DNA from: an uncultured Fibrobacteria bacterium
Lineage (GTDB): Bacteria > Fibrobacterota > Fibrobacteria > UBA11236
Direction of reading: 5' to 3'
DNA length: 64,000 bases
Assembly: GCA_963716395.1 (NCBI GenBank)
Contig: OY970309.1
Location: forward strand, 3,136,001 to 3,200,000
A program made the translations under genes and the position numbers. The notes under the pieces were generated by a model that ran no database searches, was not told where the DNA came from, and was given only the letters and a program-made list of their open reading frames with translations. This document shows, piece by piece, positions 9,340 through 18,906 of the stretch (positions are counted from its first letter, which is position 1; every line of letters starts with the position of its first letter).

Positions 9340-10503
9340 TTGTCCGACGCTGTTTTTTTTTCTCTGGAGAAAACCTCTTCCGCCAGCGAAGCGCGGGCGG
9401 GTTGGTTGCAAACCGCACATGGCCGCATCCCCACCCCGGTGTTCATGCCCGTGGGCACGGCGGGAGCCGTCAAAGCCCTGTCGCCGCGGGCCTTGAATGA
9501 GGCCGGCGCCCGGATCATTTTGGGCAACACCTATCATTTGTATTTGCGCCCGGGTTGCGATCGGATTGCGGCCGCGGGTGGCTTGCACCGTTTCGCCGCC
9601 TGGAACGGAGCGTTGCTCACCGACTCCGGCGGCTTTCAGGTATGGAGTTTGAAAACCCTGCGAAAAATTTCCGAGCAGGGCGTCGAGTTTCGATCCCATA
9701 TCGACGGATCCAAACATCTGTTTACGCCGGAGTCGGTAATGCAAGCCCAACGCCAAATCGGGGCCGATCTCATCATGGCCTTCGACGAGTGCACACCCTA
9801 CCCCGCCACTCCGGAACAAACCCGCACTTCGCTCGGCCTGACGCAGCGCTGGACGAAACGGGCGCTGGGTTGGCTGGCGGATCATCCGTCACTGCACGGT
9901 TACCCCCAACATTTTTACGGCATCGTACAGGGCGGCATGTACTGGGAAGCGCGGCAGGAAGCCATCGCGCATTTGCGCGCGCTGGATCCGCCCGGCTACG
10001 CCATCGGCGGGCTCAGCGTGGGCGAACCAACGGAGAGGATGTACGAGATCGCCGGCTTCTGCGCCCAGCGCTTGCCGGTCGACAAACCGCGTTATGTCAT
10101 GGGCGTGGGTACGCCCGCGAATCTATTAACCCTGATTGGCCTCGGCATCGACCAGTTCGACTGCGTGTTGCCTACCCGCAATGCCCGCAACGGTACTGTG
10201 TTTACCTGGGACGGCCCCTTGCATTACAAGGCCGCGCGGCATGCCGGCGAATTGGATACGCCCTTGGATCCGCGCTGTGCGTGCTACGCCTGTAAAAATT
10301 TTTCCCGCGCCTATTTGCGCCACCTGTTCGTCGCCGGCGAAATTCTGGCCCTGGAATTAGCGTCTTTACATAGTGTCACGTTTTATTGCGAATTAATGGC
10401 CGAAGCGCGGCGGCACATTTTGGCCGGCGATTTTGAAGATTGGAGCCGCGGCCTGCTTACGAAGTGGAATGCGTCCGCCGCGGAAACGGCCGACGGCGGA
10501 TAA
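9340..10503 (+). CDS. tgt: queuine tRNA-ribosyltransferase
   Basis: TPVFMPVGT, LTDSGGFQV, GIVQGG, DQFDCVLPTRNAR, CACYAC...H zinc site. Confidence 0.98.
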   Translation: MSDAVFFSLEKTSSASEARAGWLQTAHGRIPTPVFMPVGTAGAVKALSPRALNEAGARIILGNTYHLYLRPGCDRIAAAGGLHRFAAWNGALLTDSGGFQVWSLKTLRKISEQGVEFRSHIDGSKHLFTPESVMQAQRQIGADLIMAFDECTPYPATPEQTRTSLGLTQRWTKRALGWLADHPSLHGYPQHFYGIVQGGMYWEARQEAIAHLRALDPPGYAIGGLSVGEPTERMYEIAGFCAQRLPVDKPRYVMGVGTPANLLTLIGLGIDQFDCVLPTRNARNGTVFTWDGPLHYKAARHAGELDTPLDPRCACYACKNFSRAYLRHLFVAGEILALELASLHSVTFYCELMAEARRHILAGDFEDWSRGLLTKWNASAAETADGG

Positions 10504-10518
10504 AGTCCGAAGACAATA

Positions 10519-11319
10519 TCAAGCGACGCACGGAGCGTCGGTGGTATCCCAACGCCCGAAGCGTTCGTTGGCTTCCAACAGGCCCGGAAACAACCCTTCG
10601 GAAAACTCCAAGGCCCGCAGGCGGCGGGAAGCGTGCAGCAAGGCGCGCTCGACCTCGTCGGGCAATTCCACCTGAAAGTTCCGGTTCCAGGGCGACGCGA
10701 TGGCCGCACCGCGGCAGAAGCGGGGCGCCGAGGCGGAAAAAAACATGCGGCAGGACATGGGTCGATGGGCATAAATGCCGCAGGCTCCGTCGGATTGCAA
10801 AAAAGGACAGGGAGCGCCGCGCACATAATAGCGGTACAGGGCGCGATCATCCGCGGTTTCGGAGTCCACCCGGGCCGCTTCCTCCTGGCGCAGGCGCTGG
10901 AACAATGAGGCCCGTCGGTGAAACCCCAGGATCATGTCGGGATAAGACTCCCGCTGCCGGATGTGCAGATGGATGGCGGCGATCTCGAAAGGTTCGACGC
11001 TGTCGACGAAATGGCGGCAACAGGCGTCACAGCCGCGACCGCAGCGAACTGTGCGCGCGGTGTCGGAGAGATGCGCCGCAACGTAGGCGTCATAGGTTGC
11101 ATACAGCCTGGGCAGATGACGGTCAAGAGCCTGTTGCAACGCTGCATAGTATTCGGCGTCGACAGCGGTCGGCAGCGCACTTAATCCGTTTTCCAGCGTC
11201 CAAACGGCCTCCAGCAGATTTTGCACGGAAAATGCGTCGGTCGGTGTCGCGGAAGCAGGAGAGACCATTTGGGTGGTGGCCGGCGCGCGGTATTGACAGG
11301 TTGGCGATCCCACCTGCAA
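10519..11319 (-). CDS. YkgJ-family (CxxCxxCC) cysteine-cluster protein
   Basis: CGRGCDACC ... CPFL ... CGIYAHRPMSCR; true start may be ATG at 11268. Confidence 0.85.
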   Translation of the reverse strand: MQVGSPTCQYRAPATTQMVSPASATPTDAFSVQNLLEAVWTLENGLSALPTAVDAEYYAALQQALDRHLPRLYATYDAYVAAHLSDTARTVRCGRGCDACCRHFVDSVEPFEIAAIHLHIRQRESYPDMILGFHRRASLFQRLRQEEAARVDSETADDRALYRYYVRGAPCPFLQSDGACGIYAHRPMSCRMFFSASAPRFCRGAAIASPWNRNFQVELPDEVERALLHASRRLRALEFSEGLFPGLLEANERFGRWDTTDAPCVA

Positions 11320-11350
11320 AATCTAACCACATCTTTCAGGAAGCCCGCCC

Positions 11351-12685
11351 ATGGTGCATCGTCAATGGTTCCGCAGCAGCGCCGCGCTGACTTTGATGAT
11401 TTTTTCCGGATGCAACATTTTCAATCCCTCGGGCTCGGGCGATGCCGGTAACAATTCCGGCGCCAACCTGGACCAAGGCGAAAACTATTTGCGCGCGGAG
11501 GAATACGGGGCGGCCATGAACGCCTATGCCGCCGCCATCCGCGACGACAGCACCAGTTCCCTGGCCTATTACGGATATGCCAAAGCCGTTATCCGCTATT
11601 ACGGCATCAACGCCAGCACCATTCTCGATCAGGTCTCCACGGCCCAGCAGGATTCGATGATCCCCTTTCTGAATACCGACGACACCACCTTGACCCGTTA
11701 CCTGCAAGCTTCATCCCAGGTGCTGTGGGCGCTGAATCAATTGACCGCGCGCGACACACTGACGCAGTGGTACGACTATTTGCTCGACAGCAATGCGGCC
11801 GATGTACAAAGCGATCCGCTGCATGGCACGCGCATCGCCTTCATCCTCGCTTATTTCCAGCAGGCTCAGGATGGCGCACCGGGCTATCGTCCGCGCAGCG
11901 CCTTTCCGCTTTCGGATCGTGCGCTGGACTATCAGAAAATCGTGGCCGATCTCAGCTTCGTGCAGCTCTTGTACTCCATCGTGCGGCTGCGCGATTTGGA
12001 TCAGAACGACACCATCGACAGCCGCGATGATTTGCTGAAGAAGCTGAGCTTCAACATCAAGGACGGCCTGCAGGTGGACAGCCTGCAGAATATCGTCGAT
12101 TCTTTGAACACGCCGCAGAACCGGCAAAACCTGAACAACCTGATCCAAAACGTGGGTTCGGGTTTGACCTCGGCGGGCGCCACCCTCAATTTGCTGACAC
12201 CCATCTTGGGAAACGCCGCCACTGACACCCTGTCGAACCAGCAATTGACCGGCGCCGTGACGCAGAACATCGACAGCGTGGTGCAGAGTTTGGGCAGCGC
12301 CGTGACCTTTTATCAATTCGGAGACGGTATCGACAATGACGGTGACGGCTGTATCGACGAAGAAATCGTGGACGGCCAGGATAATGACGGCGACGGTCTC
12401 ATCGACGAGGATGCCCGGGTACTTCCCATCGACGGGGTCGACAATGATCACAACGGCAAATCGGATTTGGCCGATCCCGGTGAGAACGTCGACTCGACCA
12501 CCCACCTGCTGGGCTTCGTAGCGTCGGCCGGGTTCGTGCAAGGCCCGAAGTACCAGGACAAAGCCTTTCGCGTGCACGTGCAAGCCGACTCGCTCACCAC
12601 CCGTACTTCGCTGACCCCGGCCGAAAAGGCGCTGCTCGACTCGGCCAAAACGCAAATCGGCGGCTGTTGGAACAACTATCCCTGA
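11351..12685 (+). CDS. lipoprotein with TPR-like N-terminus and Asp-rich DGxDNDGDG metal-binding repeats
   Basis: Lipobox FSGC; repeats DGIDNDGDGCIDEE, DGQDNDGDGLIDED, DGVDNDHNG. Confidence 0.85.
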   Translation: MVHRQWFRSSAALTLMIFSGCNIFNPSGSGDAGNNSGANLDQGENYLRAEEYGAAMNAYAAAIRDDSTSSLAYYGYAKAVIRYYGINASTILDQVSTAQQDSMIPFLNTDDTTLTRYLQASSQVLWALNQLTARDTLTQWYDYLLDSNAADVQSDPLHGTRIAFILAYFQQAQDGAPGYRPRSAFPLSDRALDYQKIVADLSFVQLLYSIVRLRDLDQNDTIDSRDDLLKKLSFNIKDGLQVDSLQNIVDSLNTPQNRQNLNNLIQNVGSGLTSAGATLNLLTPILGNAATDTLSNQQLTGAVTQNIDSVVQSLGSAVTFYQFGDGIDNDGDGCIDEEIVDGQDNDGDGLIDEDARVLPIDGVDNDHNGKSDLADPGENVDSTTHLLGFVASAGFVQGPKYQDKAFRVHVQADSLTTRTSLTPAEKALLDSAKTQIGGCWNNYP

Positions 12686-12700
12686 CCACGGAGAACACGA

Positions 12701-13915
12701 ATGTCCCGGGCCCGCTTGCACTCATTTTTCCTGGCCGCTCTGGCCGCGTGGGGGGGAGCGAGCACGGCTTCGGCCGCCCCCGGGCCGCAATACGAATCGT
12801 TGCGGCCGCTTTCCATGGGCAACGCCTTTGTAGCCATCGTCGACGACAAAGACGCCATCTACTACAATCCCGCCGGCCTGAACCTCATGGGCCAATTGGG
12901 CAACAAGGACTTGCGTCCCGACATGGCCTTTTATCCCGAAGACAAATTCGACATGCACATGGATTTGGTCGGAACGGCCATTCCCTTCAGCGACGCCCTG
13001 CAAATCCTGCGTTTCTGGGAAGCGCATCAGGCGGCCTTCGGCAACCTCGACAGCTTGCAAAAAGACTCTTCGTTCTCCAGCGATCTTTCGAAATTCGACC
13101 GCCGTCCGGTGCCCATCGGCGTCATGAACGGCGGCGAACTGGCCATACACAACTTCGGCATGGCCTACTGGGCCAATGCCCAAATGGCCCCCTATGCCGA
13201 TGTGGGCGTGCTCCTGCCCCAAGCCGGCTTGGCCTACCTGCAACTCGATGTGGTGGGACAGGTAGCCGGAGCCACGAGTTTTCTCGACCACCGGCTGTCG
13301 GTCGGCGTAGGGTACCGCATGGCCAAACGCGAACGCGTGGGTAACATTCAGGTGGCGGTCACGGATCTGCAAAACCAGGGCCGCCAGCAATTGACCGACG
13401 CCCTGCAGGATACTTTGAACCAAAAACTGAGCCAGTTGACCGACCTCGGTTCCATCGGACACGGAATCGATCTCGGCGCGCTGTGGCAGCAAACCCAATG
13501 GCTGCGCTTCGGCGGCGCGATTCAGAACCTGGGCATGGTGTTGAATCATCAATGGATCACCCCCACCCTTACCGTGGGTTTGGCCATGACGCCGGTGATT
13601 TTTCAGAAGAACACGATCTGGGAGCGCAAGGTCAATTTTGCCTTGGATCTCGAAGATCTGCTGGATGCCGACCGGAATTACAAGCCCCTCAGCAAAATCA
13701 ACGTCGGCGCCGAATGGGAACAAACCTTGATCCCATGGGTGCTGCGGGGGCGCTTGGCCGTGGGCCTCAAAGGCGGCTATATGACGGCGGGCCTGGGCGG
13801 AACCTTATTCAGCATTTTCACCTACGAATTCGCGACCTGGGCCGACGAAGCCGGATATTACACCGGCCAAATCGAAGACCGCTATTACGTCATGAAATTC
13901 GGAGTCGGAATCTAA
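12701..13915 (+). CDS. outer-membrane beta-barrel, TraF/PorV/FadL-like
   Basis: Signal peptide, RPLSMGNAFVAIVDD-xxA-xYYNPAGL N-terminal motif, amphipathic C-terminal strands ending KFGVGI. Confidence 0.8.
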   Translation: MSRARLHSFFLAALAAWGGASTASAAPGPQYESLRPLSMGNAFVAIVDDKDAIYYNPAGLNLMGQLGNKDLRPDMAFYPEDKFDMHMDLVGTAIPFSDALQILRFWEAHQAAFGNLDSLQKDSSFSSDLSKFDRRPVPIGVMNGGELAIHNFGMAYWANAQMAPYADVGVLLPQAGLAYLQLDVVGQVAGATSFLDHRLSVGVGYRMAKRERVGNIQVAVTDLQNQGRQQLTDALQDTLNQKLSQLTDLGSIGHGIDLGALWQQTQWLRFGGAIQNLGMVLNHQWITPTLTVGLAMTPVIFQKNTIWERKVNFALDLEDLLDADRNYKPLSKINVGAEWEQTLIPWVLRGRLAVGLKGGYMTAGLGGTLFSIFTYEFATWADEAGYYTGQIEDRYYVMKFGVGI

Positions 13916-13945
13916 ACTGCTCCCGCACCTTTTTATTTTCCCAAC

Positions 13946-14479
13946 ATGCAACCGCATCCCGACGCGGGGGAACAACTCGTCCGCGTCAGCGACGACGATA
14001 CCGAGGAACTCGGACCGATGGCACGCGGGTATTGCCATGGCCATCCCGAAATCATCCATCGCGCGGTGCATGTGCTCGTGATCGACGACGCCGGACGCTT
14101 GCTGCTGCAAAAACGATCGGTGCGTAAGGATTTGCAACCGGGCAAATGGGACACCTCGGTGGGCGGCCACGTCGGCTTCGGCCAAAGTTACGAAGAGGCC
14201 GCGCGGCGCGAAGCGGAAGAAGAGTTGGGAGTGCGGTTGGAACCCTTGCAATACCTTTACCCCATGCGCATCCGCAACGCGGTGGAGTCGGAGAATATCC
14301 GCACCTTCCTATGCCGCCATTCCGGCCCCTTCACGGCCAACCCCAACGAGATCGACGGGCTGCGATTCTGGACGCGCGCCGAAATCGCGGCCGCGCTGGG
14401 AACGGGCGTGTTCACGCCCAATTTCGAAGAGGAATTCGCGGCCTTTACGGCCAGTCCGGAGGGGGCGGCGCTATGTTAA
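13946..14479 (+). CDS. NUDIX hydrolase (IDI type 1/YfcD-like)
   Basis: HRAVHV, LQKRS, GGHV-GQSYEEAARREAEEELG Nudix box. Confidence 0.92.
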   Translation: MQPHPDAGEQLVRVSDDDTEELGPMARGYCHGHPEIIHRAVHVLVIDDAGRLLLQKRSVRKDLQPGKWDTSVGGHVGFGQSYEEAARREAEEELGVRLEPLQYLYPMRIRNAVESENIRTFLCRHSGPFTANPNEIDGLRFWTRAEIAAALGTGVFTPNFEEEFAAFTASPEGAALC

Positions 14480-14531
14480 CCGAATCGACGGATAGGGGCG
14501 TTTTCTACCGTGGCGGCACGTCTCGCCCGGG

Positions 14532-15152
14532 TTAATGGGCTTCGATTTCCACCCTGCGGTTTTGGGTGCGGCCCGCCCCGGTGCGATTTGATGCGATGGG
14601 TTGGTTACCCAAGCCTTGCACGGTAAGACGACGGGAATCGACGCCCAGACTTTCCAGATAGGTTTGCACGAAACGAGCCCGCTGAAGGGAGAGGTCCGAG
14701 GGGCCGCGGCTTTCGATATCGTCGATGTACCCGTGAATTTCCAGTTGCGTGCCGGAGTAAAACTTCAACGCCGCGGCTAGGCTATCGAGCGTTGCGGTCG
14801 ATTCGGGACGCACCTGGCCGGAATCGAAGTGCAAGCCCGGAATCACCCCGTCGCGGACGGGATCGGGGCGCTGATCCGGACAGCCGTCTTCATCCTGATA
14901 GAAGTTGTAAATCTCCGGTTCGTCCGGACATTTGTCCAGCGAGTCGGGAATGCCGTCGCCGTCGCGATCCTGCGGCCGGCAAGGCGGTCCATGGTGCAAA
15001 GCGGTGTCGGGACAAGCCGGGCGGGCAACCGGCTTCGCGGCCGCCGCCGCGGTGGAATCGGGCATTTCGGCCGTCAAACCCGGACCGGCGGTGCTCACCG
15101 ATAATATCAACAGCAACACGGCGGCTTCCACCATGACGCGTGGTCGGTGCAT
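14532..15152 (-). CDS. OmpA-family peptidoglycan-binding protein with thrombospondin type 3-like repeats
   Basis: DRDGDGIPDSLDKCP, DEDGCPD, IHGYIDD, LSLQRA, NRRVEI; start placed at ATG 15152 (or 15134), the longer ORF overlaps birA. Confidence 0.88.
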   Translation of the reverse strand: MHRPRVMVEAAVLLLILSVSTAGPGLTAEMPDSTAAAAAKPVARPACPDTALHHGPPCRPQDRDGDGIPDSLDKCPDEPEIYNFYQDEDGCPDQRPDPVRDGVIPGLHFDSGQVRPESTATLDSLAAALKFYSGTQLEIHGYIDDIESRGPSDLSLQRARFVQTYLESLGVDSRRLTVQGLGNQPIASNRTGAGRTQNRRVEIEAH

Positions 15153-15224
15153 GATGGAGCAAATTATAGGGTTCGAGCGCTGGGAAAACAACCGTCGCAC
15201 CGGCGCGCCGGTTACATTTCCGGT

Positions 15225-15929
15225 ATGTCCGTACGGGCTCTGCATTTCGCCGAAACCCCCTCCACCATGGATGCCGCGCGGGCCGAAGCCGGCGACTGCG
15301 ATTTCCTGCTGGTGACGGCGGAGCGCCAGAGCAAGGGGCGCGGCACCAAGGGCCGTCCCTGGTTGAGCCCGACGGGTAACCTCTATATGACTCTGGCGGT
15401 GGCGCGACGCCTGCTGCCTCCGCCGCGTCTGCGGATTCTTCCGCTCGAAGCCGGTTTGTGGCTGTGGGAATGCGTGGCCGAGGCGCTGGCACCGCCGCTG
15501 CGCCTGCAATTGCGCCTGAAATGGCCCAACGATTTGTTGTGGAAGGGCCGCAAGGCGGCGGGCATGCTGATGGAGTCCGCCGGCGCGCATGTGTTGCTGG
15601 GGGTGGGGATCAATCTCGAAACCGCGCCCCGGGTCGACGACGGCGGCACGCCCAGCAAGCGTTTGTTGGAAGCCGGATTGGGCGCCGAACAGGGATTGCC
15701 CTTGGCCCGGCATTTCATGCGTCTCGCCCAGCAACGGCTGGAGCTTCCGTCCCCGGAGGATGTGGTCGCGGCGTGGTGCGCCAAGGCTCGTTGGAATACG
15801 CCATTCCGGCTGCGCGATCGGCCGCAGCGGCCGCAGGTGATGCCGCTGGAGTTGAACCACGACGGCCATTTGCGGGTGCGCTTCGAAGATGGCCGCGAAG
15901 AATGGCTGGTGTCCGAATACCTGGCGTGA
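15225..15929 (+). CDS. birA: biotin--[acetyl-CoA-carboxylase] ligase (monofunctional, no HTH)
   Basis: QSKGRG-xxGRPW-xSP-xGNLY, LKWPND, KAAGML; ATG 15225. Confidence 0.93.
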   Translation: MSVRALHFAETPSTMDAARAEAGDCDFLLVTAERQSKGRGTKGRPWLSPTGNLYMTLAVARRLLPPPRLRILPLEAGLWLWECVAEALAPPLRLQLRLKWPNDLLWKGRKAAGMLMESAGAHVLLGVGINLETAPRVDDGGTPSKRLLEAGLGAEQGLPLARHFMRLAQQRLELPSPEDVVAAWCAKARWNTPFRLRDRPQRPQVMPLELNHDGHLRVRFEDGREEWLVSEYLA

Positions 15930-16128
15930 TGCACGGTGCTCATTCACAATCCATGTTGATTGTCGTCAATTCTCGCGGCACCCCGACGCGGCATTGGGTC
16001 CAAATCCGTTAAACTGCGGCATTTTTCAAATCCTCACTTTCGGCGCTATTTATCCGAAAAATCGGCGGCGCGAAATTTCCGTCACACATACTCTTGGAGC
16101 ATGAACTCCAGCGACCGGAAGGGCGAGA

Positions 16129-17100
16129 ATGAGCGTTAGCAACGTTCTTGCTCCGCTCGCTGCCTTTGCGTTCTTGAGCGTTATGCCAGCTGGTGCCGCC
16201 GACACCTGTTCGGTCGGGACTCCCTTAACCGGCGGCACGCCGCAGTGTTCCTCCAACGCCTCGGGCCCCGTGGGTAGCTTCACCTGGACGATCTGGTCCA
16301 GCGGTAGCGGGGGGTGCATGACCCCTTACGGTGTCGGCGCCGCATTCAAAGCCAATTGGAACAATGCGGGGGATTTTCTGGCCCGTGAGGGATTCCAATG
16401 GAACGAAACCAAAACCTATGCTCAATACGGAACAATTTCCGCCAGCTATGCCTACACAAAAACCGGCAGCGCCGGCGGCTACTCCTTTATCGGAATCTAC
16501 GGGTGGTCGAATAATCCATTGGTCGAATTCTATATCGTGGACGACTGGTACGGTTCCGGATCTCCTCCGACCGGCGGCGGCACCCTCAAGGGATCCATCA
16601 CCGCGGATGGGGGCACTTACAAAATCTATACGCACACCCAAGTCAATCAACCTTCCATTCACGGCACGGCGACCTTTCCGCAATTTTTCAGTGTCCGGCA
16701 GACGCAGCGTCAGTGCGGGCAAATATCCCTGACCCAGCACTTCAGGGCATGGGACAGCTTAGGCATGACGCTGGGAAAAATGTCCGAGGCCAAGCTGGTG
16801 GTGGAAGTAGGCGGTGGAATCGGGAGCATCGATTTCACCGCAGGAAACATGGTGGCCGGCACAACGCCGGTGGTGCGAATTCCCGGCCTTTCTTCCGAGC
16901 GCGGCCTGTTTTCAGCTGTCGGGAATAGCCGCGGCGTGCTTACGCTTTTTTCCTTGACCGGCACAAGAATCTGGTCGGTGCGGCAAAACGGCTTTTCCCC
17001 GGCGCAAGTCCCCGGCGACAATCTGGAAAAGGGGTTGTATATCCTGCAATTCCAGGGCGACAAAATATCGGTGACGCGCACACTCTATCTCAACGAATAG
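16129..17100 (+). CDS. glycoside hydrolase family 11 endo-1,4-beta-xylanase with T9SS-like C-terminal domain
   Basis: IYGWSNNPLVEFYIVDDW (nucleophile Glu), QPSIHGTATFPQFFSVR, HFRAW, VVEVGGG (acid/base Glu); tail LFSLTG...LEKGLYIL. Confidence 0.94.
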   Translation: MSVSNVLAPLAAFAFLSVMPAGAADTCSVGTPLTGGTPQCSSNASGPVGSFTWTIWSSGSGGCMTPYGVGAAFKANWNNAGDFLAREGFQWNETKTYAQYGTISASYAYTKTGSAGGYSFIGIYGWSNNPLVEFYIVDDWYGSGSPPTGGGTLKGSITADGGTYKIYTHTQVNQPSIHGTATFPQFFSVRQTQRQCGQISLTQHFRAWDSLGMTLGKMSEAKLVVEVGGGIGSIDFTAGNMVAGTTPVVRIPGLSSERGLFSAVGNSRGVLTLFSLTGTRIWSVRQNGFSPAQVPGDNLEKGLYILQFQGDKISVTRTLYLNE

Positions 17101-17176
17101 CGGGGGCACGCAGGACCATTCCGGTCCGGTGTATTTACACTAAACGTGTGCCGACAAGGTGCGCGAAGAAAGGCCG

Positions 17177-17199
17177 GCTTCACATACCGGACGTGAAGC
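17177..17199. terminator. hairpin between convergent xylanase and OsmC genes
   Basis: GCTTCAC-ATACCGGAC-GTGAAGC inverted repeat; no clear T tail. Confidence 0.3.
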
Positions 17200-17206
17200 G
17201 AGTCGC

Positions 17207-17626
17207 TTAGACTTCGGTAACTTCCGTCACGGTTTCGATGCGGATTTTCGGATCCAGCGATGCGGCCACTGAACAGTATTTCTCCAGGCTGAGCTTGACG
17301 GCCCGATCGAGCTTGGCCTTTTCGACGCTGCGGCCGCGCACGGTGAAGCGCAGGCGAATGTGTTCGAAGGGCGAAGGCTCGCCCGGGCGGCGGTCGCCGT
17401 CGATCTCGACGTCGAGGGTGTCGAAATCGACGCGCGATTTTTTGAGGATGTTGATCACGTCGATGCCTGAGCAGCCGCCCAGCGCGGCCAAGAGTACCTG
17501 CATGGGCCGCATTCCCGATTCGTCACCGCCGATGGTTTTTGAAGCGCCGATGGAAAAGGCGTAGCCGTTGTCGGGGTTTTTGCTTTCAATATGGAAATCC
17601 GGGGTGGCGCGCAATTGGATTTTCAT
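17207..17626 (-). CDS. OsmC/YhfA-family protein
   Basis: RPMQVLLAALGGCSGID ... SLEKYCSV. Confidence 0.93.
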   Translation of the reverse strand: MKIQLRATPDFHIESKNPDNGYAFSIGASKTIGGDESGMRPMQVLLAALGGCSGIDVINILKKSRVDFDTLDVEIDGDRRPGEPSPFEHIRLRFTVRGRSVEKAKLDRAVKLSLEKYCSVAASLDPKIRIETVTEVTEV

Positions 17627-17650
17627 GGGTTCCTTGCTGTGTGGTTTTCC

Positions 17651-18673
17651 TCAAACATCCCGCAAATGCCCGTGCAGAAGGCGGTCATCGACGCGGAAAA
17701 TCTTGGTGAGCAGGGCCACCCGCATCCACATGCCGTTGCGTTCTTGACGCCAATACTTGGCTCGGGGATCGGCGTCGACGTCGGGATGAATTTCGTCACG
17801 CCGGGGCAGCGGATGCATGATCACCGCCTCAGGCTTCATCTTTCCCAGGTGTGCGACGCCCAATTTGAAACGGCTCACGTCGACGCCTTTGGATTCGCCG
17901 GCTTCATCATGCTCGTCCTGGATGCGGGTGATGTAAATGGCATCAAGGTCGGGCAGCGCTTGCACCATGTCGTCGGTTTCGGCAAAAGCCACGCCCTGCG
18001 CGCGCAGATGCGATTTGATGTCCTCTTCCATGCGGAAAGGGCCGGGGGCGATGAACACCAGACGCACGCCCCGGTAATTCTGCATCAAATGCGACAGGGA
18101 TCGCACGGTGCGCCCGCGTTTGAGATCGCCCATCATGCCGATGGTTTTGCCGTCGATGCCGCCCCGGTGCTGAAAACTACGCTCCAAGGTGTAGATGTCG
18201 AGCAGGGCCTGGGTGGGGTGCTGATCTTTGCCGCTGCCGGCATTGATCACCGGGACGCGGCGTTTGATATGGTCGAACAGGGCCGCGGCCGACTCGGCCA
18301 GGCCTTCGACCTTGGTGCGCATCACAATGGCGTCGACATAGGAGCTGAAGGTGCGCAGCGAATCGAGCAGGCTTTCGCCCTTAACTTCGGAGGACGTGGA
18401 GGAATCGCGGATCTCGCTGGTCTGGATGCCGAGGATTTGGCAGGCGGTGTTGAAGCTGAGAAAGGTGCGCGTGCTGGGCTGGGTGAAGTAGAGCATGGCG
18501 CGCTTATGCGCCAACAGGCCGCGCAGAAACAGCAGCCCCTCGCGCGACTTGGCGAATTTGCGGATGGCGGTGGTGAGCTCGCACAAATCGTCGAGCATGG
18601 CCCGGTTGAATTGCCCGGCCCGGAGTATGTGGAAAAATTCATTGTCCGGATGCAAGTCGGCTTGGGGGGCCAT
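17651..18673 (-). CDS. pyrB: aspartate carbamoyltransferase catalytic subunit
   Basis: PSTRTFLSF, KGESL, INAGSG-xxQHPTQ, GDLKRGRTVRSL, TRIQ, HPLPR; ATG at 18673. Confidence 0.96.
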   Translation of the reverse strand: MAPQADLHPDNEFFHILRAGQFNRAMLDDLCELTTAIRKFAKSREGLLFLRGLLAHKRAMLYFTQPSTRTFLSFNTACQILGIQTSEIRDSSTSSEVKGESLLDSLRTFSSYVDAIVMRTKVEGLAESAAALFDHIKRRVPVINAGSGKDQHPTQALLDIYTLERSFQHRGGIDGKTIGMMGDLKRGRTVRSLSHLMQNYRGVRLVFIAPGPFRMEEDIKSHLRAQGVAFAETDDMVQALPDLDAIYITRIQDEHDEAGESKGVDVSRFKLGVAHLGKMKPEAVIMHPLPRRDEIHPDVDADPRAKYWRQERNGMWMRVALLTKIFRVDDRLLHGHLRDV

Positions 18674-18770
18674 GCAGGCAAAAGTAATAAGCCCTGACAA
18701 GCCGGCCGGCGTGGTATGGCGCGTTCTGACGTGGAAATTCGGTATGTGTTTGCACCCGGCCCATCGGCTG

Positions 18771-18896
18771 GTTCGACACCCCTCGACAGGCTCGGGGGCC
18801 GGGCTCAGCAGCCGCAGACTTGAGTCATTTGCAGGCCAACTAGCGTCGGGCCGGAGCATGGTTCCCAATCACGTCGAGGGACGTCGACGGGCCCGG
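18771..18896. repeat. pair of nested REP-like palindromic elements (TTCGACAGGCTCAG family)
   Basis: TTCGAC[ACCCCTCGACAGGCTCGGGGGCC]GGGCTCAG and a degenerate inverse copy CCGGAGCATG[GTTCCCAATCACGTCGAGGGA]CGTCGACGG in the spoVR-pyrB spacer. Confidence 0.6.
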
Positions 18897-18906
18897 TTGC
18901 CGTAAA

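Noticed and set aside
12320-12460. Short repeated GACGG/GACAATGAC units suggesting a CRISPR or tandem array
   Set aside because: They encode the DGxDNDGDG peptide repeats of the lipoprotein; no repeat-spacer periodicity and no cas genes
12701-13915. TraF-like barrel as evidence of a conjugative element
   Set aside because: No relaxase, VirB4, coupling protein or other tra genes in the window
15153-15947. Long N-terminal extension of the OmpA ORF
   Set aside because: Antisense to birA; the signal peptide starts near 15152
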